Source: Myxococcota bacterium | Lineage (GTDB): Bacteria; Myxococcota_A; UBA9042; PHBI01; JAWLBL01 | Assembly (NCBI GenBank): GCA_041687695.1 | Contig: JAWLBL010000008.1 | Location: 128,001-192,000, forward strand | Direction of reading: 5' to 3' | Length of the DNA stretch: 64,000 nucleotides | Shown here: piece after piece, positions 38,462 to 48,590 of the stretch | Layout: every line of letters starts with the position of its first letter | Numbering within the stretch: position 1 is the first letter of the stretch | Translations under genes and position numbers: made by a program | Notes under the pieces: model-generated | Seen by the model: the letters and a program-made list of their open reading frames with translations, nothing else | Told to the model about the DNA's origin: nothing | Database searches by the model: none

Positions 38462-40345
38462 TCACTGGGTCTTGAGGATGAGCGGATAGGAGACCTGCAC
38501 CACGCCGCCGTCCTTGGGCGACGGGAACTTCCAGCGGTTCATCTTGCCGGTGATGCAGCTGATGAGCTCGCCGTCGGTGATGGTCGGGTTCTTGGCGCTG
38601 GTGTTGGACACCTTGCCGTTGGGCAGGATGGTGAAGGACAGGGTCAGCTTGCCGCGCAGCTTGGAGTTACGCTGCAGCGCGTCCTGGTAGCACCACCGGA
38701 TGCCGGACAGGTTGCGGCGGATGATCGACTGGACCGTGTTCTTGTCGAGCTTGCCGCTGACGTTGGCGTTGGTGGCGATGGCGACCGGCTTGACGTCGCG
38801 GTCGGCCAGCGAGATGTCACGCTGGGAGGCCTCGCGGATGCCCTGGATCGCCGGCCCGCCGGGGCCGCCCGGCCCACCGGGGCCGCCCGGGCCGCCCACC
38901 GAGTCGGCCGACGCGAAGCCGCCGCCGTCGAAGGTCCCGCCGCCGAAGGGGTCCACCGTGCCGCCGAAGGACGGCGCGTTCGGGTCCATCGAGCCCAGGG
39001 TCTTGATGCCCATGTTGGGCGTGTCCTGGAGCAGCGTGTTCATCAGGTTGCTCTCGCTCAGCACCTTGGCGGCGCCGGCGGTCATCGCGATCTCGCGCGC
39101 CTTGTCCTTGCGCTGGTCCTCGGGCATCGCGTCGAGCTGCTTCTGGATGTCGTCGTTGCGCTTTTTGTGCAGCTTGCTCAGCAGATCCGGCTCGCGCGGC
39201 TTCTCCTTGGGCTGCTCGACGACCTCCTCGACGACCTTGATCTCCTCGACGATGTCGTCGCTGACCTTCTTCTTCTTGTCCTTGTCCTCCTCCTCGGGCT
39301 TTTGCTCCTCCTCGAGCTTCTTCTCTTCCTCCTGCGCCACCTTGAGCATCTCGATCATCTTGGCGCGCTTGGCCGCCGGGTCCTTGCGCTTGCGCAGGGA
39401 CTCCTCGGGCATGAGGCTGAGGATGGTCAGGAACGTGATGTGCACGATCGCCGACAGGGCGATGTAGATGTAGGGGTTGAAGTCGACGGCCCACGGCGCC
39501 GCCTTGTCGCGCTTGGGCACCGGGCCCCAGCTGACCAGCAGCGTGAACTCGCCGAAGCGGACGCGCGCGCGGGTGTTGCGTCCGATGACGAACTGCCCGC
39601 CCGGCGCCTCCTTGCGCGCCTCGGCGATGGTCTTGACCTGCCCGTCGACGAGCAGATCGCCCTCCATCGCGTCGTTCTTCAGGTTCAGCGCGAAGGCGTC
39701 GCCCTTGGGGACGATGAGCGGGTAGGACGCGACCCCCAGCGCCTCGGACGGCAGGGTGAAGCGGCAGCCGGGCTTTTCGCCGACGACCACCTCGGTCGGC
39801 GTCTTGAAGTGGTCGATGCTGAGGACGGTCTCGCCCCACAGCAGCGCTACCTCGAAGACCATGTCGCCGTCACCGGCGCCGCCGGACGCCTTGCCGGCGC
39901 CCGCGCCCTGCTTCTGATAGAAGGACTGCTGCCCGAGGCCGGCCAGCTCCTTGGGCGCCTCGGGCGCGGTCGGCGGCGGCTCGGGGCGGACCGGCACCGG
40001 CGGCGCGTCCGTCATGCGCGGCACCATCGCGGTGCGCAGCGACGGGTCCTCGGTGATCTTGACGACGATCTCGGTCTCGCCGCAGACGATGCGGTCACCG
40101 TCCTTGAGCGTCGCCTGGACGACCTTCTCGCCGTTGACCTTGGTCCCGTTGGTCGAGCCCAGGTCGGTCACCCGCCAGTCGCCGTTCTCGCGCAGCTCGA
40201 TGAGCGCGTGCTTGCGAGAGACGTTGACGTCGTCGAGGCGCAGGTTCGACGTCGACAGCTTGCCCACGTTGATGATGGGCCGGTCGAACGTCTGCTCGCC
40301 GACGCGCGCGCCGTTCCTGAAAATGGTGAACGAGATCTCCGCCAT
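38462..40345 (-). CDS. gltG: GltG/PglI-like protein (FHA, TM, TonB-C/AgmX-PglI C-terminal domain)
   Basis: FHA (VGK...VSRKHA...DLGSTNGT), WGETVL, TM, IRWCYQ..L...WKFPSPKDGG.V.VSYP. Confidence 0.88.
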   Translation of the reverse strand: MAEISFTIFRNGARVGEQTFDRPIINVGKLSTSNLRLDDVNVSRKHALIELRENGDWRVTDLGSTNGTKVNGEKVVQATLKDGDRIVCGETEIVVKITEDPSLRTAMVPRMTDAPPVPVRPEPPPTAPEAPKELAGLGQQSFYQKQGAGAGKASGGAGDGDMVFEVALLWGETVLSIDHFKTPTEVVVGEKPGCRFTLPSEALGVASYPLIVPKGDAFALNLKNDAMEGDLLVDGQVKTIAEARKEAPGGQFVIGRNTRARVRFGEFTLLVSWGPVPKRDKAAPWAVDFNPYIYIALSAIVHITFLTILSLMPEESLRKRKDPAAKRAKMIEMLKVAQEEEKKLEEEQKPEEEDKDKKKKVSDDIVEEIKVVEEVVEQPKEKPREPDLLSKLHKKRNDDIQKQLDAMPEDQRKDKAREIAMTAGAAKVLSESNLMNTLLQDTPNMGIKTLGSMDPNAPSFGGTVDPFGGGTFDGGGFASADSVGGPGGPGGPGGPGGPAIQGIREASQRDISLADRDVKPVAIATNANVSGKLDKNTVQSIIRRNLSGIRWCYQDALQRNSKLRGKLTLSFTILPNGKVSNTSAKNPTITDGELISCITGKMNRWKFPSPKDGGVVQVSYPLILKTQ

Positions 40346-40691
40346 GGCTTCGTCCTCACACGACGCGACGTGGTTACGTCGTCAGGTGCCCCTGGGCGCC
40401 GCGCCGAGCCGCGGCTCCCACTCCCACTGGTCTGCTTGTCAGCGCGTCCGGCGGGCGTCACGGACCATCCTGTCCATGACGCGGCCCGGTGTCTACGTCA
40501 CGCCCTAACGGCGCGAAATGCTTCGTCGTCCGTCACGCCCAGGCGGCGCGTGACCCGCCCGACGGCGAGCGGCGAATGGGCGCGGCGGCCCCGTGTCCGG
40601 GTGGGGGCCCAGGTGAGGGCCGGCCGCGTCGTTGGTACGATGGGGTCCAGTTGGTCCTCGAGGCGAGTCACCAGCCGCTTGCGTGGCCGAC

Positions 40692-40940
40692 TCAGATGTC
40701 CTCGGCGGACTTGACGATCTCGGCCACGAAGTCGAGCCGCACCTTGATGAGGCTGGACTGGCGGCCACCGCCGAGGCCGTCGATCAGGAAGGTGTTCGGC
40801 TTGAGGTAGTCGGTCGTCAGGGTGTCTTCCTCGAAGTCGAAGACCTCGACGTCGTCCTCACCCTTGTCTTGCGCCGACACGGTCACGGGCAGGGCCAGCC
40901 CCAACCCCAGGAAGGCGGTCACCACAACGAAGCGCTTCAT
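40692..40940 (-). CDS. gltF: GltF/CglF-like small periplasmic protein
   Basis: Signal peptide, DFEEDT, SLIKVR.DF..EI.KS motif; lies between gltE and gltG. Confidence 0.85.
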   Translation of the reverse strand: MKRFVVVTAFLGLGLALPVTVSAQDKGEDDVEVFDFEEDTLTTDYLKPNTFLIDGLGGGRQSSLIKVRLDFVAEIVKSAEDI

Positions 40941-41117
40941 GGGTCACTCCTCTCGCCCCACGACAGGCAGGGGCTGGTGCGAATCATAACGGGGTACGGG
41001 GGCCATTGGCTAGTCGTCATGGGGTTTTCGGCCGATCCTGGCCTCGCCCGGGCGGCCGGTCCGCATCAGGCTCGACACCCCTCGGGTCGGGTTGTTCCCG
41101 GCTCCACCCATAAATTC

Positions 41118-41162
41118 AAAAAAAACGCAAAGGCCCTGCGCGCAGGCTGCGGGCAGGGCCTT
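41118..41162 (-). terminator. intrinsic terminator after gltE
   Basis: AAGGCCCTGC...GCAGGGCCTT stem followed on the minus strand by TGCG and an 8-T run. Confidence 0.7.
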
Positions 41163-41187
41163 CATCGTAGCGGTCCAGGGCCGGCTC

Positions 41188-42348
41188 CTACTTGCCGGTC
41201 GGGGGCTTGGCGCCACCCTGCGCCCCGTCCTGGCCCCCCGGGGGCGCCGCGGGCTTGTCGAGGTCGAGCGCCTTGATGGTCGACTCGATGCTCTTCACGC
41301 GCCGGGTCAGCTCCTTGTACTTGGCGTCCTTCTTGGTGAGCCGGCCGGCGTAGCCCTGGCAGTACTTGCGGGCCTCGAGCCACTTGTTCGAGTACTGCGC
41401 GTGCAGCACGCACAGGTTGTACTCGGCCTCGGTCATGCTCGGGTCCAGCTTCAGGACCTGCAGGTAGCCCAGCTCGGCTTCGTCGAACTTCTTGAGGCCG
41501 CGCAGCGCCACCGCGCGCGTCATCACCAGCTTCGGATCGTTCGGCCGCAGCTTCAGCACCTCGTCCAGGCGCTTGAGCGCCGACTCGAAGTCGCCGTAGG
41601 CCAGCTCGAGGGTCGCCAGGTTGATGCGGGCGTCCAGGTTGTCCGGGTCCACCTCGAGCGCCGTCTGGAACGACTTGGTCGCATTCCTCGAGTCGTCCTT
41701 CTTGAGGTAGATGAGGCCGAACATGTTGTGCAGCGCGGCGGCCTTGGGGTTGCGCTCGAGCGCGTTGGTGACGATGAGGCCGGCCTGGTCGACCAGGTTC
41801 TGACGGTAGTAGGCGATCGCCAGGTTCAGGTAGGCGTTGACGTTGTCCGGGTTGCCCAGCAGGACGTTGCGCGCGTGGCGGATGGCGCCCGGCCAGTCCT
41901 TCTTCTCGATGGCCAGCTCGGCCAGGATGTTGCGCGCCTCGGCTTGGAAGCGGTCCTCCTCGACGAGCTTCTCGAGCGCCGCGACGGCCGCCGCCGTCTT
42001 GCCGGCGCGCAGGTCCCGCTCGGCCAGGCGCGCCCGCGCCGCCAGGTACTTCGGGTCGGCCGCCAGGGCGCTCTCGAAGGCCTTGCCGGCCGCCGCCCAG
42101 TCGCCGCGACGCCGCGCGAGCAGGCCCAGGTTGTACCAGGCGTGCGCGTTCTTGGGGTTGGCCTTGGCCGCCTCCTGGAACTTCTTCTCGGCGGCCGCGG
42201 CGTCCTTCGCGAGGCGCGCCGGGTCCTCGACGATGTTCATGGCGTCCTCGAAGGGGGACGCGGCCTGCGCCGGCGCGGCGAAGGAGACGGCGAGGAGGAG
42301 TGCGGCGGCGCGGGCCCCGCGGGGCCACGTCATACGGAAGGCACGCAT
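41188..42348 (-). CDS. gltE: GltE/AglT-like secreted TPR protein
   Basis: Signal peptide, continuous TPRs, start overlaps the gltD stop, conserved gene order. Confidence 0.8.
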   Translation of the reverse strand: MRAFRMTWPRGARAAALLLAVSFAAPAQAASPFEDAMNIVEDPARLAKDAAAAEKKFQEAAKANPKNAHAWYNLGLLARRRGDWAAAGKAFESALAADPKYLAARARLAERDLRAGKTAAAVAALEKLVEEDRFQAEARNILAELAIEKKDWPGAIRHARNVLLGNPDNVNAYLNLAIAYYRQNLVDQAGLIVTNALERNPKAAALHNMFGLIYLKKDDSRNATKSFQTALEVDPDNLDARINLATLELAYGDFESALKRLDEVLKLRPNDPKLVMTRAVALRGLKKFDEAELGYLQVLKLDPSMTEAEYNLCVLHAQYSNKWLEARKYCQGYAGRLTKKDAKYKELTRRVKSIESTIKALDLDKPAAPPGGQDGAQGGAKPPTGK

Positions 42349-45300
42349 CACTGGAGCTCCTGCTTGAAGTTGGGCAGGCCGCTGTTGGGCGCCGTGTGGT
42401 CGGGACGGAGACGGAACTCCTTGATGGAGGCGTCCGTCAGGTCGAGCTGGGCGATGGCCTGCTCGGCGCGCTCGGAGTACTCGTTGAACCAGTGGTGCTC
42501 GCGGGCCACCGCCAGCGCCTGCTTGTAGTTCTCGATGGCCTTGGCGCGGATCTGCTCGGCCTGCTCGGCCATGTAGGTCAGGTACTGCTCCTTGACCTCT
42601 TCGTTGTACATGATGGACCGCGGCACCGGCGTGTTCTCGACGTTGTCGGCCAGATCGCGGAAGGCGAGGCCCAGCTGCGTGTAGGCCGCGATGGTCCAGC
42701 CCGGGTGCCCGTAGCTGATGACCTCGTTGTAGATCTCGCGGCACTCGTTCATCAGCTCGAGCTTCTTCTTCAGGTTGTTCTGGACGTCCTTTTCCTTCTT
42801 GCCCTCGAGCTTGATGAAGCGCGCGCGCCGCAGCACGCCCTCGCCCATCTGGAAGCGGGCCTCGGCCACGGCCGAGACCGCCGGGAGCGTGAGATCCTTG
42901 AGGTCGTCTTCCTTGAGGGTCTTGAAGGTGGCCAGCACCTCGTCGAAGGCCTTGGCGGCGTCCTTGTCCTTGTCGAGCTTGCGGTAGGCCTTGGCGCGCG
43001 CGTTGAGCACCTGCAGCCGCACCGACGCGGGCTCCTTCTTGAAGCGCTTGAGGTGCTCGGCGACGGCCTTGATGACCCAGGTGGGGCGGTCCTGGGTCTG
43101 GCGGATGAGCACGATGTCGAGGTGAACCATCGGCGCGTTCTCGTTGTTCTTGAAGCGGCTCAGGTACAGCTCGAGGTTCTCGACCGCCTTGTCGTACTCA
43201 CCCAGCGTCTTGCGGAAGATCGACGCGAAGCGCAGGGCCTTTTCGGCCTGCGGGTGATCCGCGTGGTTGGCCACGAAGATCTCGTACATGCGCGCGGCCT
43301 CGTCGTAGACGGTGGTCTCGCGGTAGATGTCGCCGATGGCGTACAGCGCCATCGGGGCCAGCTCGTCGCTGCGGTACTCCTCGTACAGCCGCGCCTGGAC
43401 CTGGATGGACTCCTCGACGCGCTTGGCCTTGAAGTAGTTGAGGGCCGCGTTGTACAGCGCCGACGGGGCCTTGGGGGCCTTGGGGTCGTTCTTCTGGTAG
43501 TCCGAGAAGCACTTGGCGGCCGTCAGGTACTTCTCGTCCTTCTCGGGCTTGAAGCAGCTCAGGAAGTTGAACTCGCGCTTGATGCGCTGCGTGTCCTCCT
43601 TGAGCGAGGTCGCCATCAGGGTCGGGTTCTTCTCGAACTCGACCGCCCACTTCTGCAGGTTCTCGACGTCGCGGGCGTGGTTGTACGCGCTGAGCACGTA
43701 GCGGGCGGCGTCCTCGATGAACTCGTGGTCGGGGTGCTTGGCCACGAAGTCGGCGAAGCGCTTGGCGGCCTCGTCGAAGTGGTTGTGGTCGTAGTAGACC
43801 TTGGCGGCCAGATACCGCGCCGGCGGCACGTTGTCGGCGTTCTCGGGGTTCAAGCCCTTGCGCGCGATGACCTCCATCCAGCGGTCGACCGCGTTGGCGA
43901 AGCGCATCGCCGCGGCGTCTATCTCGACCGGCTTGAGGTCGCCCTCGGACTCGCTCTTGAGGTTCTGCTTGACCTTCTTGCCGCCCTGGGCCTTCACCGC
44001 CGACAGCACCGCGAACTCGGCGGCCTGGTCGGTGTACTCGCCGTCGGGCTTCATCTCGATGACCTTCTCGAACTCGCCGGCCGCCTGCTCGAACTTGCCG
44101 GTCAGGTACATCAAGGTCGCGTTGTTCCAGGTGATGATGTAGGCGTTGTCGGCGTCCTTGAAGAGCCGCAGGTACTCGTCGTAGAGCATCTGCGTGGCCT
44201 CGAGGGTCAGCTGCGCCTTCGTGTGCTTGTACTCGTTGTGGTACCCGGTCGCGATCTCGAGGATCATCGCCGCGACGTCCTTTTCCTCCTTGGCGATGAA
44301 GTCCGGCGGCGCCGCGCCGCGGATCTCCTCGAACAGGCGGATGAGCTCGCGGATCTCCTCGACCGTGGCGATCTTGTCGGCCTTGCGGTGGGCGTTGTCG
44401 ACGACCTGCCGCTGGAAGCGGACCACCATGTACTTGACGTCCTTGCCGTCGATGGTGGCCGTCATCGCCTCCTTGATGAGGCTGCGCAGCAGGCGGTTGG
44501 ACTTGTCGTACTCGGTCTCCTCCGTGTAGATGGCGGCGAGCCGGCTCGACATGTCGAGGTACTTGTCGGGCGAGTACTTCTTGAAGAAGGCGATGGCCGC
44601 CGTGGGCTTGCCCACCTTGGCGAAGGGCAGCACGAGATCGTTGAGCGCCTCGGCCCGCAGCTCGATGCCGCTCTTCATGCCCGCGGCCTGCTGCTGCTCG
44701 GCGATCTTGAGGACCTGCAAAAAGCGGTCGAGCGACAGGTCATAGGCGCGCAGGTTGTAGTGGCACCACGCCTGCTTGAAGACCGCGTAGCCGTAGATCG
44801 GCACGTTCGGGTACTGGTTGACGTGCTCGTACAGCGCCAGCGCGTTCGAGAAGTCGTTGAGGTTGAAGTAGTGCTCGCCGACGTTGACCAGCGCGTCGGG
44901 GATGTACTTCGAGGTCGGGTGCTCGCGGATGAGGTCGCTGTAGGCGGCGACGGCCTCTTCGGCCTTGCCCATCTGGTTCAAGTTGTAGCCGAGGTAGTAG
45001 CGCACCTCGTCCAGATCCCTGGACTTGGGGAAGCGCTGGATGACCTCGCGGTACTTCTCGACCGTCAGCTCCTGGTTCTTGGCCTGCTCGTTCAGGTAGC
45101 CCTGCTGCTCGGCCTTGAGCTTGGCCAGCTTCGCGGTCTCGCCCTTGTCCTCGGCGTCGTAGATGGCCTGCTCGAGCTCGTCGGTCTGCGACTTGCGCCC
45201 GAAGATGTCCGACAGGTCCCAGTAGAAGTCGGCCAGGGCCAACAGCTGCTTGGGGTACTCGGGATCATCGACCGGGGTCAGGTTGATGATCATCTTCTGG

Positions 45301-45497
45301 TTGTCGATGTTCGCGAGGATGCCGGCCTCGGTCTGCTCGGCCTTCTCCTTCGACGTCTTGTCGCGCGACTTCGTCTGGATGGTGAACTTCGGCTTGAACA
45401 GCTCGGCCTTGTCGCCGGCCTTGGGCTGCTGCGCCAACGCGGCGGGCGACGCGCCCACGACGATGGCGAGCAGGAGCGTGCAGAGACGTCGGGTCAT
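42348..45497 (-). CDS. gltD: GltD/AgmU-like large TPR protein
   Basis: 1049 aa, signal peptide, TPRs, YAVFKQAWCHYNL, W.IAA...LG, C-terminal WFNEYS. Confidence 0.85.
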   Translation of the reverse strand: MTRRLCTLLLAIVVGASPAALAQQPKAGDKAELFKPKFTIQTKSRDKTSKEKAEQTEAGILANIDNQKMIINLTPVDDPEYPKQLLALADFYWDLSDIFGRKSQTDELEQAIYDAEDKGETAKLAKLKAEQQGYLNEQAKNQELTVEKYREVIQRFPKSRDLDEVRYYLGYNLNQMGKAEEAVAAYSDLIREHPTSKYIPDALVNVGEHYFNLNDFSNALALYEHVNQYPNVPIYGYAVFKQAWCHYNLRAYDLSLDRFLQVLKIAEQQQAAGMKSGIELRAEALNDLVLPFAKVGKPTAAIAFFKKYSPDKYLDMSSRLAAIYTEETEYDKSNRLLRSLIKEAMTATIDGKDVKYMVVRFQRQVVDNAHRKADKIATVEEIRELIRLFEEIRGAAPPDFIAKEEKDVAAMILEIATGYHNEYKHTKAQLTLEATQMLYDEYLRLFKDADNAYIITWNNATLMYLTGKFEQAAGEFEKVIEMKPDGEYTDQAAEFAVLSAVKAQGGKKVKQNLKSESEGDLKPVEIDAAAMRFANAVDRWMEVIARKGLNPENADNVPPARYLAAKVYYDHNHFDEAAKRFADFVAKHPDHEFIEDAARYVLSAYNHARDVENLQKWAVEFEKNPTLMATSLKEDTQRIKREFNFLSCFKPEKDEKYLTAAKCFSDYQKNDPKAPKAPSALYNAALNYFKAKRVEESIQVQARLYEEYRSDELAPMALYAIGDIYRETTVYDEAARMYEIFVANHADHPQAEKALRFASIFRKTLGEYDKAVENLELYLSRFKNNENAPMVHLDIVLIRQTQDRPTWVIKAVAEHLKRFKKEPASVRLQVLNARAKAYRKLDKDKDAAKAFDEVLATFKTLKEDDLKDLTLPAVSAVAEARFQMGEGVLRRARFIKLEGKKEKDVQNNLKKKLELMNECREIYNEVISYGHPGWTIAAYTQLGLAFRDLADNVENTPVPRSIMYNEEVKEQYLTYMAEQAEQIRAKAIENYKQALAVAREHHWFNEYSERAEQAIAQLDLTDASIKEFRLRPDHTAPNSGLPNFKQELQ

Positions 45498-45567
45498 TAC
45501 CGGGCTCCTTGCCAGGCAGGAGGGTCGAACGGTGTAACGGGCGCGCATCGGTCCGGTAACACCCGGC

Positions 45568-47229
45568 TCAGTTGCCGGCGGCCGCGGCGGGGGCGCCGGA
45601 CACCGGGCACTGCGACGAGATGTCGTAGATGTAGGCGCCGAGCTCGTCCTTCCAGTACTCGCCCGTGAACGGCCACTCGAAGTGCTCGTCGTCGACCACG
45701 ATGGGGTGCTTGACCTTGGCGGCGGCCTGCTGCTCGAGCTTGACGCTGTTGGCGAGGGCCCCGCGCTGCGCCTTGATCGTCTCCTGGGTGATCTTCAGCG
45801 CGCCGGCGAGGTGCCCCTTGAGGTCCTTGAGCACGCGCTCGAGGCGGGCCTGGGCGAGGCTGCCGGCCTCGCCGACCACGAGGCTGCGGTAGGCGGTCAG
45901 CTCGCCGGTCAGCTCGTCGAGGATGGCCTTGGCCTTGGGGTTGCGCGCCTGCAGCTGCTCGATGCGCTTGAGCTCGCCGTTGATGACGGTGACGAACTGG
46001 AACTTGCGGCGCAGCTTCCGGTCGGCCAGGGCCGCGTTGAAGATGCGCTTGAAGCGGGTCGAGAACTCGGTGTTCTCGGTCTTCGACAGGCGGGCGAGCC
46101 AGTAATAGAAGGCGTTGGGGTCGGCGAACTGGTTGATCTCGCTCGAGAGCTCGTTCATCAGCGGGTAGTAGTCCGCGATGAACTCCTTCACGACCGCCTG
46201 CGCCTCGTCGTACTTGCAGTTGTAGAAGAGGATGAGCGCCTGCAGCACGCGCGACTCGGGGAAGTACTGGTCGGCGAAGTAGGGGCTGTTGAGCGTGTGC
46301 AGGTTGCCCAGGGCGCGCGGGTAGTTCTGCAGCTGGTAGTAGGCCCAGCTGACCTCGAAGATCGACGGCAGCCACTGGTCGGAGCCGCTGGCGATCTGGT
46401 CGTAGTACTTCACGGCCTGGTCGTACTGACGGGTCGAGAAGAACAGGCGGCCGAGCGCGACGTGCGACATCGTCACGATCTTGCGGACGGCGGCGTTGCC
46501 CCCGTTGTCGCGGTCGTAGCGCAGGACCTCCTTGAAGGCCTCGGCGCCCGCCTTGAGGCGCTCGATGTCGGGCTCGACGTCGCCGTTGCTGGTCGCGGCG
46601 GTGTCCAGGCGCGACTGCATGACGTTGATGACGCCCTCGAAGTACTTGGCGCGGACGAACAGCTCGCCGTGCAGCTCGCCGACCTTCTGGAAGCGGGCGA
46701 GCGCGTCCTCGAGCAGCGACTGGTTGAAGTGGTACTGGCCGACGAGGAAGTTCAGCTCGTCCGCGAAGTCGGGCGGGTACAGCGCCGCGTCGTACTCGGC
46801 GATGAGGTACAGGACCGAGTCCTCGGGGCCGATCTGCCGGCTGATGAACAGCAGGTAGGGCAGGGACTTCTGGAACTTGGTGTGGGTGTCCTTGGCGTCG
46901 ACGATCGGCTCGAAGCGCTTGAGCGCCGACTGGTACAGGCCGGACTCGTACAGCGCGACGGCGAGGCCGAACTGGGCCTCCTGGACCACCGGCGCCGAGG
47001 GATCGCCGTTGGCGACGACGTCGCTGAACCTTAGCGCCGCCTCGAGGTGGTTGCCCTGGCCGGCGAGGGTCGTGCCCTCGGTGACCAGCTTCTGCAGGAC
47101 TTCGGGGCTGACGACGAGATCGGCCTCGAACTCGAGCGGCTCCTCGGCGAAGGCCGGCGTCGCCATCGGGGCGGGCGCCAGCAGCGCGAGCGTCAGGAGG
47201 AGGGCGGGGCGGCGGAACTGCAGCATCAT
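45568..47229 (-). CDS. gltC: GltC-like secreted TPR protein
   Basis: FE.SWAY, ALGNLHTLNSPYF...YFPE, C-terminal WPFTGEYWKDELG.Y....SQC. Confidence 0.85.
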   Translation of the reverse strand: MMLQFRRPALLLTLALLAPAPMATPAFAEEPLEFEADLVVSPEVLQKLVTEGTTLAGQGNHLEAALRFSDVVANGDPSAPVVQEAQFGLAVALYESGLYQSALKRFEPIVDAKDTHTKFQKSLPYLLFISRQIGPEDSVLYLIAEYDAALYPPDFADELNFLVGQYHFNQSLLEDALARFQKVGELHGELFVRAKYFEGVINVMQSRLDTAATSNGDVEPDIERLKAGAEAFKEVLRYDRDNGGNAAVRKIVTMSHVALGRLFFSTRQYDQAVKYYDQIASGSDQWLPSIFEVSWAYYQLQNYPRALGNLHTLNSPYFADQYFPESRVLQALILFYNCKYDEAQAVVKEFIADYYPLMNELSSEINQFADPNAFYYWLARLSKTENTEFSTRFKRIFNAALADRKLRRKFQFVTVINGELKRIEQLQARNPKAKAILDELTGELTAYRSLVVGEAGSLAQARLERVLKDLKGHLAGALKITQETIKAQRGALANSVKLEQQAAAKVKHPIVVDDEHFEWPFTGEYWKDELGAYIYDISSQCPVSGAPAAAAGN

Positions 47230-47280
47230 CGGGCTCCAAGCGTCGATCCACGGGCACCAAAACCAGTGGAACGTCAGTGG

Positions 47281-47310
47281 GTTATAGCTGTCGCCCGGTG
47301 GGGGGGTCAA
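47281..47310 (-). promoter_or_regulatory. sigma70-type promoter for the gltC operon (TTGACC-18-TATAAC)
   Basis: Minus-strand hexamers about 50 nt upstream of the gltC start. Confidence 0.6.
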
Positions 47311-47592
47311 GGCGACCCCGAGCGCCTCGGCGGGCCCGTCCGCCGCCGCCGCGCTCACCGCGCAGGCGCGCCCCGCGAGCCCTCCCCCGAGGGCGTCCGA
47401 GAGCGCACGTCGTCGACGCCGGATGATGCACCAAGGCAAGCGCGGAACCAAGCTTGGCTGCGCATCGCGGCGCCGATCGGGGGACATCCCGCGGTGCACG
47501 CGAGGACGCGTCGCGGCGCGTGACCCGGGGGCGCCGTTCCGCTATCGTCCCGAGCCTCGGATGAGGGCGCTGCCAGGGCGTTGGAGGGGCGG

Positions 47593-48456
47593 ATGCGTAA
47601 GTGGTTGTTAGCGGTCGTCATCATGGGCCTGCCGGCCTGCGACGACGGCGGGGCGGGGGCCGAGACCCCGCGGCACGACGACGCCTCCACCCACGCCGAC
47701 GCGCAGCCCGACGCCGACCCGGACGGCGCCACGGGCCCCGACACGGCCGCTCCGACCGCCTCGGCCGCGGGGACGATCGTCGACGTCGACGGGCAGCCGC
47801 TGCCCGGCGCCAAGGTGCTGGCCTGCACGCCGCTGACCTGCTTCACGACCGAGGCCGGGCAGGACGGCACCTTCGTCGCCGAGGGCCTGCCGGTCATGGC
47901 CCACAAGATGCAAGTGGTCGGCGAGTCGCTGGGCCTCGCGACGGCGCTGTACTACCAGGAGGTCGTAGCCGGTCAGGTCGTGACGGCCCCGCGGCCGATC
48001 GTGCTGTCGCCGCTCGACGCCGACGCGCAGCCGTGGACCACGGCCGACGGCGGCACGGTGACCCTGGCCGGCGGTCGCCTCCGCCTCGGCGCCGCGGCGG
48101 GCGTCGTCAAGTACCCGCTCGGCCACTTCGACCAGCAGGTCCGCGGGGCCCAGGTCGCGGCCGAGGATCTGCCCCCGCTGGACGTCGAGCCCTGGATCGG
48201 CAAGGAGGCCGGCACGCTGGCCTTCACGGTCAGCCCCGAGCCGGTCGTCGCGAAGGCCGGAGCCTTCGAGGTTCAGGTCTTGGACGTGTCTGCGACCGAG
48301 GTCGGCGCCACCTACCGGGTCTATGGCGTCGCGTCGGAGACGGCCGAGCTGGAGGAGCTGGGACGGGCCGAGGTCGGCGCCGACGGCACCCTGTCGCTGA
48401 CCCAGGGCGAGATCACCTGGCTGACCACCCTCATCTTCGTGCCCGACGCCCCGTGA
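47593..48456 (+). CDS. lipoprotein with carboxypeptidase-regulatory-like domain
   Basis: GGAGG RBS, lipobox LPAC, GTIVDVDGQPLPGAKV...T...DGTF. Confidence 0.8.
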   Translation: MRKWLLAVVIMGLPACDDGGAGAETPRHDDASTHADAQPDADPDGATGPDTAAPTASAAGTIVDVDGQPLPGAKVLACTPLTCFTTEAGQDGTFVAEGLPVMAHKMQVVGESLGLATALYYQEVVAGQVVTAPRPIVLSPLDADAQPWTTADGGTVTLAGGRLRLGAAAGVVKYPLGHFDQQVRGAQVAAEDLPPLDVEPWIGKEAGTLAFTVSPEPVVAKAGAFEVQVLDVSATEVGATYRVYGVASETAELEELGRAEVGADGTLSLTQGEITWLTTLIFVPDAP

Positions 48457-48503
48457 AGGACGTCAACCCTGCCCAACCCTGCGAAATCGCGCCGAGGGCC
48501 TGG

Positions 48504-48532
48504 TTGACACCGCCCCGGCGGCCCCACACAAT
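48504..48532 (+). promoter_or_regulatory. sigma70-type promoter TTGACA-17-CACAAT
   Basis: Near-consensus hexamers 58 nt upstream of the ATG at 48591. Confidence 0.65.
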
Positions 48533-48590
48533 CCGTCGTCGACAGCTCGCAACCCGGCCCGTCGACGGCCCGAAGGAAGGACCCTCGTTC

